From assembly GCA_026986575.1 (NCBI GenBank), contig JALSOH010000009.1, forward strand, positions 160,001 through 224,000: a stretch of DNA of 64,000 nucleotides, read 5' to 3'. Shown here one piece after another: positions 29,584 to 39,620 of the stretch. The stretch comes from Thermoproteota archaeon. Its GTDB lineage: Archaea > Korarchaeota > Korarchaeia > Korarchaeales > Korarchaeaceae. A program made the translations under genes and the position numbers. Position 1 is the stretch's first letter. The number at the start of each line of letters is the position of its first letter. Under the pieces are notes generated by a model. That model was not told the DNA's origin. It saw nothing but the letters and a program-made list of their open reading frames with translations, and searched no databases.

Positions 29584-30672
29584 CTACCTCACGAGCCCCC
29601 TCCTCACCGCCTCCACCAGCAAGGGGTCAGCCAGCTCGTACAGCCCATCTCTTTTCTCGACGAATCCGTACTCCACGAGCTCTCTCAGATATGTGGTGAT
29701 CTGTTTATCGCTTATCCTAGTTCCCAACGCTATGGTCAGTCCCCTCTTGACGTCTGACCATCTGGAGGGATTCATCAGGATTCTGAGGACCTCCACATAC
29801 CTCTTCCTCGCGATACCCCTGATGGACAGGAAATTCTCCAGCTCCCGAGCAGCCAGGGAAGCTCCTTCATAGATAGTCCTTTCCAGGGCATCCTCGTGCT
29901 CCATCCTCATCCGGTGATAACCGTAGTAGGTGAGCCAACCCACGATCCCATCAAGCTTGTCTACAGCCTCCTCGAGCTCCCTCAGAGGAGGGCTTATCCC
30001 TACCTGCTCGAAACCCTTTGCGAGGAAGTCCAAGGATCTCTCCCGAGGGAACTTCTTGAGCTGAATCTCCGCATAGGCCCTACCGAACAGTGGGGAGGAT
30101 GGATCCTCCCTGCCCAGCAGGCGATCGAGGAGGCCTACTTCAGATCCGGCCAGCAATAGTTTGACCCTCCCCTCATAGTCGTAGATGTGCGCTAGCAGCT
30201 CCGAGAAACCCCTGATGAGCCTGAGGTCCTGCGCTTCATCGAACGCCATCACCAAGTAACTCCCCTCAGACTCGGCCCACTCATTAAGGGCACCTACCAA
30301 TCTTCCAACAGTTGACAGGGACTTTCTCGATATTTCTATGCGGAACCCGGCGATTTCTACCTCCTTTATCTTAGAAAGGAATTTCTTGATCCCCCTTTCC
30401 TGCTCCAAGAGTCTACTCAATTCATCCGACAGGTAAGAGTAGATGTCCTCAGGTGAGATAGATCCGCCGAGCCGCAGATCGATGAGCACGTAAGGTAGAT
30501 CTAGCTCTGATAGAGTGACTCTCACGAGAGACGATTTTCCAGTCCTCCTGATGCCCTTCACCACGGCCATCCTCGAGATAGGATCAAGGAGCTCGGATAT
30601 GAGCGAATCCAGCTCCGCTTCCATGTCGTAGAAATCATCCCTCTTAGATTTCACTTCGAGCGAGAAGTACAA
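29584..30672 (-). CDS. Archaeal AAA ATPase (ATPase_2 family) with C-terminal wHTH
   Basis: DFYD.E.EL, G.RRTGKSSL, FDEAQ, GSEVGLL, PLFGR, DG..GWL, Y.LADPL. Confidence 0.9.
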   Translation of the reverse strand: MYFSLEVKSKRDDFYDMEAELDSLISELLDPISRMAVVKGIRRTGKSSLVRVTLSELDLPYVLIDLRLGGSISPEDIYSYLSDELSRLLEQERGIKKFLSKIKEVEIAGFRIEISRKSLSTVGRLVGALNEWAESEGSYLVMAFDEAQDLRLIRGFSELLAHIYDYEGRVKLLLAGSEVGLLDRLLGREDPSSPLFGRAYAEIQLKKFPRERSLDFLAKGFEQVGISPPLRELEEAVDKLDGIVGWLTYYGYHRMRMEHEDALERTIYEGASLAARELENFLSIRGIARKRYVEVLRILMNPSRWSDVKRGLTIALGTRISDKQITTYLRELVEYGFVEKRDGLYELADPLLVEAVRRGLVR

Positions 30673-30783
30673 CTTACACCCCCTGTAAGTAACTTGCACC
30701 CCGTGTTATTAAATGATGGTGCGATTGAGGATGAAGGATATAAGAGAAAGAGAAAGTGCCTGAAAAAGGAGGTTGAGGGTGGA

Positions 30784-31842
30784 TCAGAGCTTCCAGGGGA
30801 ACTCGACGCCTACCTGATCGGCTACATCCTTCATGTTGGCCATTACCTTCTTGTAGATGGGTATACCTTCCTTCAGTCTCTTCTGGGTGGTGAGCCAGCT
30901 CTTCTCGCCGTGCACCCATATCTTCTTGAAGTCCGGATGGAGCGGAGCTGACTTCAACTTCTGTATCATGTAGTCCATCCTCTCCTTGAACTCGTCCACG
31001 GGCATGAAGTTCTCTATATTGATGGCCATGAAGAAGTGCCCCACATTGCTCGGCCCGGGGCCCTCGGTCTGGCCCACGTCCTTCAGCAGGGCCGCGCCGC
31101 TCAGCACTCCAGAGAAGAGCTCGACCATAACTGCGAGACCATAACCCTTGTGGCCACCGAAGAGCTCACCAAGGCCTCCCAGCGGTAGCAAAGCTCCTTC
31201 CTTCCTTATGACCATGGGATCGTCGGTGAGCTTGCCTTGAGCATCAATACCCCATCCCAGAGGGGCCTTCTTGCCCATCCTCGTGTACACTTCCATTTTC
31301 CCTATCGGCACAATGGACGTGGCCATATCTAGCACCCACGGAGGCGGAGTCTTCGTCGGAGCAGCGACCGCTATGGGGTTAGTCCCTATCCACTTGCCTA
31401 AGGCACCGGTGTGCGCCACCAAGGGCCTTGCGTTGGTCATCGTGACGCCTATCATGTCGTGGTCTAGGGCCATCATCGCGTAGTAGCCGGCGATGCCGAA
31501 GTGGTTGCTCAGCCTCACGGTCACGAAACCTATACCGGCCTCCTTCGCCTTCTTTATCGCCAGCTCCATGGCCTTCCTACCTACTACCTGACCCAGTCCG
31601 GAGTCGCCGTCGATCAGGGCGTAGGCAGGACCCTCTCTCACGATCTGTATGTTCGGGTTGGTCTTCACGGCTCCATTCACTATTCCATCAACGTACCTCT
31701 TCAGCCTTGCGACCCCGTGGGAGCTTATACCCCTCAGATCGGCGGTAACTAGGTTATCAGCGGTCCAACGGGCATGCTCCTCGGGCACACCAAGTTTAAC
31801 GAAGACGGAGGTGACAAAATCCATCAGATCCTCATACTTCAC
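30784..31842 (-). CDS. Ldh_2 family (type 2 malate/L-lactate/sulfolactate) dehydrogenase
   Basis: ADLRG..SHG..RL, SNHFG.AGYY, GTNPIA, LDMATS, GGHKGYGL; true start may be up to about 50 nt upstream. Confidence 0.92.
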   Translation of the reverse strand: MKYEDLMDFVTSVFVKLGVPEEHARWTADNLVTADLRGISSHGVARLKRYVDGIVNGAVKTNPNIQIVREGPAYALIDGDSGLGQVVGRKAMELAIKKAKEAGIGFVTVRLSNHFGIAGYYAMMALDHDMIGVTMTNARPLVAHTGALGKWIGTNPIAVAAPTKTPPPWVLDMATSIVPIGKMEVYTRMGKKAPLGWGIDAQGKLTDDPMVIRKEGALLPLGGLGELFGGHKGYGLAVMVELFSGVLSGAALLKDVGQTEGPGPSNVGHFFMAINIENFMPVDEFKERMDYMIQKLKSAPLHPDFKKIWVHGEKSWLTTQKRLKEGIPIYKKVMANMKDVADQVGVEFPWKL

Positions 31843-32485
31843 AATATAGTAGTCTTCAGGGGGAACAGGTGGTGACTTATCATAGGACAGGTAGGATCAC
31901 CCGTGTTATATGGCTGCATAATATCCTAAAAAAGTTGGCATCCAATGGCTGATGTAGGGGGCGGGCTTACGATTAAACGGAAAAAGCATAGGCATAGCGT
32001 TCCAGCAGATAAATGGAATTACCTCCCCTCACATTCAATATCATTTCCAGTTAGATCCCGACCTAAATTTATATTATGAGATGCTATGTCAGGGTGTAAT
32101 TTGAATCTTTTTTATCATTTTTAAAAAGACTGCTCGCAATAAAAGCGATGTTGAAAGCAAGCGCGCCTAAAACAGAGCTTCTCCTGACGCTTGCCGCAGT
32201 TTCACCCATGTTTCTGAGCTTGTTGATCAAGCTAAAGCCAAACGGTGTGGAGCTACACCCTGAATGGATTTTGCTGTTCCCGATAACGTTGTACCTGCCC
32301 AACATGAACCTAGAGGGATTACACAGGATATTCGATATCAGATGGTGCTGGAGGTCAAGGTCATCTTGAGCGAGAAGACCGACCTTTTACCATCCTCATG
32401 GCCATCGCGCGCTAATCTACTCCTTGCTGTTGCTTGGTGGCACATAGAACCTGCTAGCGCTCCATAGCAACATGTGAGGAGGTGA

Positions 32486-32600
32486 GTGGGTAAATTAACG
32501 GAGGTGAAGCGCGATTAGATACAATACAGCGAGCTATCGAGGGCATGGAGATCCATACGGGATGATGCTGATCGTTTATCCGTGAGAGGAGCATGGGGGG
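32486..32600 (+). pseudogene. Possible HepT/DUF86 gene remnant
   Basis: GGAGGTGA RBS plus GTG, reading GKLTEVKRD*IQYSELSRAWRSIRDDADRLSVRG; only loosely like DUF86 N-termini. Confidence 0.3.
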
Positions 32601-32983
32601 TAAAGCAAGAGGCTTCCTCTTCCCCCAAACCTTCTACCCCTAGTATCCTCTCCATAGTTGAAGGTAGTTGAAGGTGTGAATCGGTGGAAACTAGTGAAAT
32701 GTCTTACCGTTTGTAGGAGGGAACTGGAGGGTGGGTCGTGAGGGAAATCCTCTCGTAGGATCATGCCGGTGGAGCTAGAGGTCATGCTTTCCTCATTCCA
32801 GCAGAATAATCCCCCCAGAACCCTTGAAAGCATCGCGCGACCATTATATACCCAAGGAACTCGTGTCCGGAAAGTGTTCGTTTCCGGACATAGTGATAGG
32901 CTGGATATCGTGCCTTCCCACCGACTCCGCCTACGCGCGCGCTGCGTGAGGTGACTCCCCTAGGCAGAAAAGGAAAGGAAGTC

Positions 32984-33080
32984 GAAGTTTTGATGATATT
33001 CGGAATGAGTGGTGGAACGGAAGCTGGTGAACTCACAAGAGGTCGAAGAGGTGAGCAAGTGGATGTGCTCCGACACAACG
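32984..33080 (+). pseudogene. Decayed copy of the vapB-vapC junction found intact at about 38049-38152
   Basis: gaggtcgaagaggtgagcaagtggatgtgctccgacacaa versus gaggtcgaagaggtgggcaaatggatgcgctccttgacacaa, with similarity continuing upstream. Confidence 0.75.
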
Positions 33081-33278
33081 CGTGCGGTTGATGGATCGCT
33101 GCAGACAACTAGAGAGGAGCTTACCTCCAAGTTTACTGGGCTTGATGCTTGATGAGCGTCACTAGTTTATGCAAAGTAAAGTGAGGTAGAAGGAGAAGTG
33201 GATTATGAGGGGTTGGGGGACTAGTGTCACCTCAAGTCACGCATCGCTTATATAATAGTAATACTTACTGTGTACGTA

Positions 33279-33515
33279 ATGACAGTAATTACCGTTAGGA
33301 TTGATGATGAGACCAAGAGGATGATGGAGCATATCAGAATAAACTGGAGTGAGTTCATAAGGAGCGCTATAAGGAGTAAGATAATGGAAGAGAGGAGGAG
33401 GAATCTAGCTAAGGCCGTGCTAATAACGGAGAGAGTGAGGAAGAGGAGCAGGGGAGAGGCAAAGGCTGAAGAGATAGTGAGGAGGTTCAGGGATGAGCGA
33501 GGAGGTAGTACTTGA
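33279..33515 (+). CDS. vapB: VapB-type RHH antitoxin
   Basis: VITVRIDDE...INWSEFIR.AI; overlaps the PIN gene. Confidence 0.88.
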   Translation: MTVITVRIDDETKRMMEHIRINWSEFIRSAIRSKIMEERRRNLAKAVLITERVRKRSRGEAKAEEIVRRFRDERGGST

Positions 33516-33945
33516 CGCAAGCGTCGTGGTGAAGTGGTTCGTGGAGGAAGAAGGGTCTAAGGAAGCCTTAGAGATCAGGGATAGGTACGTGGAAGGAGAA
33601 ATACGGATAATCGCTCCTGAGCTCATCACGTACGAGGTGCTGAACGCCCTCTACTACAAGAGGCTCTTCTCGGAAGATGAGCTAAAACTGATTTCCGAGG
33701 CTCTGGAGGCGTACTCCTTCTCCCTTCATCCTTTAAGGGGGGAGTACGCCAAGAAAGTTGTGGAGGTTTCGTACGAGAACGATATAACCCTGTACGATGC
33801 CTCGTACGTGGCCTTAGCGATCGTCAGGGATACTTTCGCCTATACAGCTGATGAGAAGCTCATACGAAAGTTGGGAAGGGAATATAGAAGGTACGTTAGG
33901 AGATTGGGGGGTGATGCTAGCAAACAGAGATGGAGAACTGTTTAA
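33493..33945 (+). CDS. vapC: VapC PIN-domain toxin
   Basis: VVLDASVVVKW, YEVLNAL, YDASYVALA, YTAD. Confidence 0.92.
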   Translation: MSEEVVLDASVVVKWFVEEEGSKEALEIRDRYVEGEIRIIAPELITYEVLNALYYKRLFSEDELKLISEALEAYSFSLHPLRGEYAKKVVEVSYENDITLYDASYVALAIVRDTFAYTADEKLIRKLGREYRRYVRRLGGDASKQRWRTV

Positions 33946-34009
33946 TGGAGGCGTGCGGTACCTGTCAACTTCAGCCATAGTAGGGGATCTCTAAGGTATG
34001 AGTTGAGAG

Positions 34010-34220
34010 ATATTTCTGGCCATCAGAGAGTGAAGCCTGCTTTTTACGACCTATGTTCCCTTAAGCCTTCCGTGCTTGAGCTTAAAAGCAAACCGACGAG
34101 GCTTTGCATACCACTGTAAGAGGAGATAGAGGTCGTGATAAGTGAGTTCCGAGTTTTGTAGGGTGAGTAGATATACATGGTTGGGAGGAGATTGAGGAAC
34201 GTCATTTAAGTCTAGGAGGG
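34010..34220 (+). pseudogene. Possible RelE-like toxin remnant
   Basis: Fragment IEVVISEFRVL* resembles the RelE R.RVGDYRVLY motif; many stops. Confidence 0.25.
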
Positions 34221-34266
34221 CGACTCTATCCCTCGCTGACGTACTTCACGCGCGATCTGAGGGAGC

Positions 34267-34878
34267 CTACCTAATTCGACTTAGCCAGAGGTCTACCTCC
34301 TCCCCTACCTTCTTACGCCCCTTAACGCGCCTCTCCTCCATCTCGCGAAGGTATTCCCTTAATCTACTCACATCAACCATTTCGAGCAGCCGGGGTATGA
34401 TCTCGTCCCTCGCTGGGTACCCGAGATAAATCAGATCGATCAAGGTCTTCTCGGGATCAGAAACCCTTATCCATTCGCCTATCTCGTCCAGATACTTGTA
34501 CTCATACCCGAAGTACATCTTACCCGAGATCCTCCTGAGCACCACCTTGAAACCAGCTACTTGCCTGATGCCCCACCTCACAGTCTTGGACACGTTTGGA
34601 GAGAGCACGGTCACGGCCGTCACCTGGTTCCATGCCCCGTGGAGGAACGCCGCCGAGCCTAATCCAATGTAGGCCCTTGGAATAGCCTTTACAATCATGT
34701 AGGGGGACTTCTTAAAGGTGTAAACTCCCCTCAACAGCTCGACTATCTGCCCTTTCCTTCTCAAATTGTGGATGAGTAGCTTAGCGTAGTCCCTCCCCAC
34801 GACTGCCTCGACAGATCTGAACGTGAAGATTGATGACCTTCTAAGTCTTTCGATGAATTCTGAGTACTTAGTGGGCAA
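34267..34878 (-). CDS. AbiEi-type antitoxin (type IV TA)
   Basis: wHTH-like N-terminus (L.RKG.I..L.RGVY), YIG..SA...HG, VSDPEKTLID. Confidence 0.85.
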   Translation of the reverse strand: MPTKYSEFIERLRRSSIFTFRSVEAVVGRDYAKLLIHNLRRKGQIVELLRGVYTFKKSPYMIVKAIPRAYIGLGSAAFLHGAWNQVTAVTVLSPNVSKTVRWGIRQVAGFKVVLRRISGKMYFGYEYKYLDEIGEWIRVSDPEKTLIDLIYLGYPARDEIIPRLLEMVDVSRLREYLREMEERRVKGRKKVGEEVDLWLSRIR

Positions 34879-35503
34879 ATCTCTCCACCTTCCTGACGAC
34901 TGTCTCGAAACTTGGAGGCCTTCCCATCAGGACGATCTCCCTCAATACGGGATAATCGCGTGGAGGTTCCCTTAATAGGGGAAGGATGTGCCTGAGCAGG
35001 TCCTTCACGCTAGCATCCTCGCATAGATCCAAGAGGTAGTATATGTCATATAGATCTCTGGCTTTCCTCCTATTCGCATAGGCATGCACCTTCTCCTCCA
35101 GAAGCGAGCAGGGCGTGAGGGTCTTGACAACGACGGTGCTACCGTCAATCAACCAAAAGTCCCCTTCGATTACTTCTCTCTCCTCGAACATGGGGGAGGC
35201 CTCAAGTTCAACCTCAGCTTCATTGCTGATCCTCAGGTAAAGGACCCTAGAGGGTGTGAGCTTCATCCGAGTGATGTTCAAAGTTGGAGAGAGTATGCTG
35301 GGGATCCTCTCAACGTCTTGGCAGTATATATCCACATCGTACGAGAACCTCTTTCCGCCGTAGATCCTCCATATGGCCGTACCCCCATGAATCACGAAGT
35401 CAACGCCTCTCAACAGTTCCAGTAACAGGACATCCTGCACCTCTGCTATTCTAAGCATGTTGCCCCTCAACACCTTCATTAGAGGGATTTTCCTATACAT
35501 CAC
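34868..35503 (-). CDS. AbiEii-type nucleotidyltransferase toxin
   Basis: HGGTAI.R.Y...RFS.DVD, EK..A...R.KARDLYD. Confidence 0.9.
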   Translation of the reverse strand: MMYRKIPLMKVLRGNMLRIAEVQDVLLLELLRGVDFVIHGGTAIWRIYGGKRFSYDVDIYCQDVERIPSILSPTLNITRMKLTPSRVLYLRISNEAEVELEASPMFEEREVIEGDFWLIDGSTVVVKTLTPCSLLEEKVHAYANRRKARDLYDIYYLLDLCEDASVKDLLRHILPLLREPPRDYPVLREIVLMGRPPSFETVVRKVERFAH

Positions 35504-35510
35504 AAATTCA

Positions 35511-35546
35511 TTGACCTAGGTTATATTAAATTATAACCCAAATCAA
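35511..35546. promoter_or_regulatory. Inverted repeat operator upstream of the abiE operon
   Basis: TTGAn4GGTTATA-N6-TATAACCn4TCAA. Confidence 0.6.
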
Positions 35547-36436
35547 CGATAGATGATACGCGCGAATACCGATGTAACCGGATCGCCATCCCCGCTACTG
35601 ATGGGGTTCCTAGAGCTACAAATGTTTCACGAATTGAAGTTGAAAAAAGAGAAGAAAATAGGAATATGCTGCATTATTTCAAAATATCCACGTTTCTCGT
35701 ACCTTTTCTTTTTTCTCTTAACAAACACATGCTCCCTATGCCCTGCTAACACTTGTCTTCGATAACCGGGTCTCCTCTCGTAGCTCGCTTTAGTTAGTTA
35801 TCCCGACAGTATCTAGGATCTTCTGGTATATCTTTTTTCTCACTATTCTCCAGCACTCTGGATATATCTTCCCCTTTCCCTCCCCCTCTCTCATAAGGAA
35901 AGTCTTCATAAGGGCCCCTCCTGTCCTAATAGGCTCATATAGAGGGAGAAAGCCCTTGAGCCTCCTATTATTATACCAATAATGTAGCGAATCCATCAGA
36001 GTGTGAAATCGGGAATCCGTTCTACAGCGCGTCACTCAGGCGGTTGCATTGAACTCGCTTACCTCGCGGCGATGTCGTCATCTCTCTGAAGCCTATACTA
36101 TGCTTAAGCGATAGCAGGCATGGTATGAGGAATTCGCCAGCATATACCTGTACTCCTTTACGTGGCCAATGTAACGCCTTTTAGGGTGGCCTATACTCCT
36201 TGCTCTCCTCTAGCTCTAACTTCACAGGTGTCGCCCTTCTATAGCGGAATTGCACGATCTTGGGTATCTACAGCATTATATCATTCATAACGATCCTCCG
36301 AATCACGAGTAGCGCTGGCTTAGTGTGTTCCCCAGTAATTATAGTAGATACTACCCGGCTCGGATGCAGTGCTCGGTACCACCACTAACCACGCGCGTTA
36401 TCGCGTGCTTAATAACTCTCAACCGTCTTACACCGG

Positions 36437-36720
36437 ATGGAATTCCTAAGGAGGGGGCGGAGCAATTAAAGAAGGAAGCCAGAGAGCCTTCGAGAAGGGC
36501 AATTACAACTTCACTCTCCTGTTTGTAGAGCAGGCCATGCAGTTATACCTTAAATACACTCCGGCAAATCGGTGGGTGACTTCCCCAAGGTACAGGGACT
36601 CGTCCGTTTGTTAGAAGCCCTCTCCTCGGCCTTAGGTGAAAGAGTGATAGCATTCCTGCGCTCGCCTTGAAAGATTCGAGAGGGAGATAGAGCCGCTATC
36701 CTCTACTAGTGAGAGGAGGA
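36437..36720 (+). pseudogene. HEPN domain pseudogene
   Basis: AFEKGNYNFTLLFVEQAMQLYLKY, then a frameshift to GDFPKVQGLVRLLEAL. Confidence 0.8.
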
Positions 36721-36775
36721 TAGAGGTCCTTAAAGATCTCCATGAGAGGGGAATTGTTACCCAAAATTACCTTTA

Positions 36776-36789
36776 TATACCATGGTATA
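36776..36789. promoter_or_regulatory. Perfect palindrome overlapping the TATA box of vapBC
   Basis: TATACCATGGTATA, overlapping TTTATA at 36772. Confidence 0.6.
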
Positions 36790-36801
36790 CCTTATGCTAC
36801 T

Positions 36802-37053
36802 GTGAGCGTGACCATATCCGTCAAGGTCAGGAAGGATGTTGTCGATCTGGCCGATAAGATGGTGAGGTATGGCATAGCTAGGAGCAGATCTCACGCCATA
36901 AACATCATGATAGAGAGGGGAATATCCCGAGCCAAGGAGGAAGTGGAACGCTGGGAGAGGATATATAGGGACGTTGAGAGATTGAGGAGGGAGGGATACA
37001 GGATAAGAAGGGGTGACCTCTGGAGGCTCCTCCAGGAGGGCAGATCGAGGTGA
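36802..37053 (+). CDS. vapB: VapB-type RHH antitoxin
   Basis: SVTISVKV...MVRYGIARSRSHAIN; probable GTG 36802; stop overlaps the PIN start. Confidence 0.8.
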   Translation: MSVTISVKVRKDVVDLADKMVRYGIARSRSHAINIMIERGISRAKEEVERWERIYRDVERLRREGYRIRRGDLWRLLQEGRSR

Positions 37054-37457
37054 TGGGGGTGTACGTAGACACCAACGTGATCGTAGCGTTCATGGATGAA
37101 GCAGATCCCAATCACGGGAGAGCAGTAAAGGTGTTGGAGGGTTCCAATAAGGTCTCCTCCTTCCTCACACTCGTTGAACTGGCTTCAGTGTACTCTAGAG
37201 CTGGGTTTAGCGATCCTCAGGCCCTAGCAATATACTCCATGGAGGAGGCTGGGGTGGAGGTCTCAGAGGTAGGGTTTGAGGAGGTCCTCAAGGAGGCATT
37301 CAGGGTGGCTGACAAGATCAGGTTGAAGACCTTAGATTTACTCCATGTAGCCTCCTGCCTCCTGATGGGAGAGAAGGAGTTCCTGACTTTCGATGGTGAC
37401 ATCCTCAAGAAGAGGAAGGAGCTTGAAGGATTGGGGATAGAGGTCATCGGCGCATAG
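37050..37457 (+). CDS. vapC: VapC PIN-domain toxin
   Basis: YVDTNV, TLVEL, LKTLDLLHVA, FLTFD. Confidence 0.92.
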   Translation: MMGVYVDTNVIVAFMDEADPNHGRAVKVLEGSNKVSSFLTLVELASVYSRAGFSDPQALAIYSMEEAGVEVSEVGFEEVLKEAFRVADKIRLKTLDLLHVASCLLMGEKEFLTFDGDILKKRKELEGLGIEVIGA

Positions 37458-37574
37458 GTTGGTAAGAGCTAATGTAGAATGGAATATCGCGCGCGATTCC
37501 TCGATGCTCACTCCACCACCATTTTATGGAGAGCTTCGTCCCTTGGACTCGTAGGTTACATATATACCTCTAAT

Positions 37575-37790
37575 CACTTTATTCTCAGATCCAAGAGCTC
37601 GGTAGCCTTCCCTGAGGATATTATATTGGTCAGTAGGAGCCCCAATACGATGAACATCCTTTCCCTGCAGGGATATGGGACGCGCTCCCAGAATATTCTG
37701 AATTCAAGTTCGCCCATTTGTTCCCTCAGCTGTCGGGATATGGGAGGCTATCCTTCTCCAAGACATCCCTGAGTTTCACCGTCAAGACCT
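37575..37790 (-). pseudogene. UPF0175-like antitoxin remnant
   Basis: Fragment LGLLLTNIISSGKATELLDL resembles the ISSGKAAELLG motif; interrupted by stops. Confidence 0.5.
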
Positions 37791-37921
37791 CCACTTCCAC
37801 CGAGTCGTGCAGCCAGCTTTATATCCCTGACTCCAAGAGGAATCAATCACCCGTACCATCCCGTCCTTACCCGCGCCGGACGACCCATCGGCGTGAACAT
37901 CAAACTTTTATCTCTCGGACT

Positions 37922-37937
37922 CATACATGCATGTATG
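37922..37937. promoter_or_regulatory. Perfect 16-bp palindrome ending on the vapB start codon
   Basis: CATACATGCATGTATG, downstream of TTTTATC. Confidence 0.6.
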
Positions 37938-38156
37938 CCCAAGACGATAACGATATCCGATGATGTTTACGAGGAGTTGAAGAGGATCAAGGGGAGCAGG
38001 AGCTTCTCCGATGTAATAAGGTCTCTCTTGAGGAAGAAAAGCAACGCCGAAATCTTGATGATAGCATTCGGAACGAGGAGCGAAGTGGAAGCCGATGAGC
38101 TCAAGAGAGAGGTCGAAGAGGTGGGCAAATGGATGCGCTCCTTGACACAAGCGTGA
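37935..38156 (+). CDS. vapB: VapB antitoxin (DUF217-type)
   Basis: MPKTITISDDVYEELKRIKG.RSFSDVIR. Confidence 0.9.
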   Translation: MPKTITISDDVYEELKRIKGSRSFSDVIRSLLRKKSNAEILMIAFGTRSEVEADELKREVEEVGKWMRSLTQA

Positions 38157-38503
38157 TAATAGAGGTATTCAGGGGTAATGAAAGGGTGAGAGACCGCCTC
38201 ATTGAGCTTGGCCTGAACTACGGGATCTCTACCGTTACACTATTCGAACTGCACTGTGCCCGTCTGAAGCCTAGGGAGGAGCTCATGCTCGAGAAGCTCC
38301 CCAAGCTTCCGTTTGACGAGGGATCGGCGAAGCTAGCTGGGAACATGTACCGGGACCTGAAGAGCGAGGGACGCATTCCTCCCGCTAAGGACCTCTTCAT
38401 AGCCGCATCCGCGATAGCCCACGATAAGCTGCTCCTGACCCTCGATTCCGACTTCAGGGTATTTGAGAAGTACGGGCTCAGGTCGGAGTTCATTAGGGAA
38501 TGA
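38129..38503 (+). CDS. vapC: VapC PIN-domain toxin
   Basis: LLDTSVII, TLFEL, DLFIAASAI, LLTLD.DF. Confidence 0.92.
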   Translation: MDALLDTSVIIEVFRGNERVRDRLIELGLNYGISTVTLFELHCARLKPREELMLEKLPKLPFDEGSAKLAGNMYRDLKSEGRIPPAKDLFIAASAIAHDKLLLTLDSDFRVFEKYGLRSEFIRE

Positions 38504-38537
38504 GGGTTACATACAAGGGTTTTGCGAGGGCGGAAAC

Positions 38538-38960
38538 CTATTTCTCTGGAGTGACTATGCAGGTCTGCCGTTCCGGACCGTCCATCAGGAGGCGGAGGAA
38601 TCTTAGCACCTCCCTTCCCACTATCATCTTCCCTTTTCCCATCAGCGGCGATTCCACGTAGGTCTCGATCCTCTCGTCACCCAGTAGGACGATAGACTTG
38701 GCTGTCCTCATGGGTATTACGCCGGACAGAGATCTGTAAATCCTCCAGTACTTTCTGGGAATCTCACCCACCTCGAAGAACCTGTAAACGTCCTCGGAAA
38801 CGAGTAGAGACCCCTCAAACCCGGTATCAACCATGAAGTCCAGTTCTTGAGGATATTCCTGCAGAAGGACGTTGAGCAATTTCAACCTCAGTCTGGGATA
38901 GGGGACTATCGATTCTCCGTATTTCATACACTCTCCAGCTCTAAAGATCCTCCCAGCCAC
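38538..38960 (-). CDS. Clan AA (retropepsin-like) aspartic protease
   Basis: MVDTGF catalytic motif and IVGREVL. Confidence 0.85.
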   Translation of the reverse strand: MAGRIFRAGECMKYGESIVPYPRLRLKLLNVLLQEYPQELDFMVDTGFEGSLLVSEDVYRFFEVGEIPRKYWRIYRSLSGVIPMRTAKSIVLLGDERIETYVESPLMGKGKMIVGREVLRFLRLLMDGPERQTCIVTPEK

Positions 38961-39316
38961 TCTAGCTCCCTCCTTGTCCTATCATCCTCCCCGATCTTCA
39001 CGACCAAGGCGTTCCTGATCGGGGGCCTCAGGCCCTTGAGAGCGGATGCAACCTCCTCCAGAGAGTCGAAGAGCCCCACCAGCTTTCCCCTCGCGATCAC
39101 CGCGTACTTGCCCTCTTGCTTCCTCAGCTCTTCCTTGAGGGACTCGTAAGCCAGGTTATTGACATCCTGCTCCGTGATCAGGAGCTTATCCTTCAGGTCG
39201 AGCCACACCCTGACCGCCTCTTCGAACGCCTGGGAAAGGGTCAGCCCTCTCCTGATTGCTTCAGCCTTGAACTCCCTCACCAGCCTTTCGTCCGCGTTCT
39301 TTATCACTAGGGTCAT
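38924..39316 (-). CDS. RHH plus DUF5678-like protein
   Basis: TLVIKN.DE.L.REFKAEA.RRG RHH, then N..AYE.LKEEL...GKYAVIARGKLVG. Confidence 0.75.
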   Translation of the reverse strand: MTLVIKNADERLVREFKAEAIRRGLTLSQAFEEAVRVWLDLKDKLLITEQDVNNLAYESLKEELRKQEGKYAVIARGKLVGLFDSLEEVASALKGLRPPIRNALVVKIGEDDRTRRELEWLGGSLELESV

Positions 39317-39620
39317 CTGATTCACCTAAGTGAATTTGATTACATAGGTAATAAAGGTAATCGCGGTGGTTCGCACGCTCGGTGTAGTTTGAGTGAGCAG
39401 CTTCAGGCTAGGAGGCGACTCTCTTATCCTCACCCACTTTCTCAATGTTTTCTTTCACATTTTTCCTCTTATCCCACGCTCATGGTGTTCGAAAAGGATG
39501 CTAGCTTTGTCAGGATCGGTATAGCGTTCAGAATTAGCCCGAGTCAATGGAGGGTTGCTACACCCACCATGTAAGCTCTCGTGAGGGGAGTGATATCACT
39601 TGTAGCGGCCCGCAATCGCT

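Noticed and set aside
6065-31849. Many long antisense or alternative-frame ORFs over pst, FG-GAP, transporter and leuA-like genes
   Set aside because: Shadows of GC-rich coding sequence; the overlapping genes carry clear family motifs
35560-36430. Short ORFs such as 35790-36035
   Set aside because: No motif I can assign; probably decayed sequence
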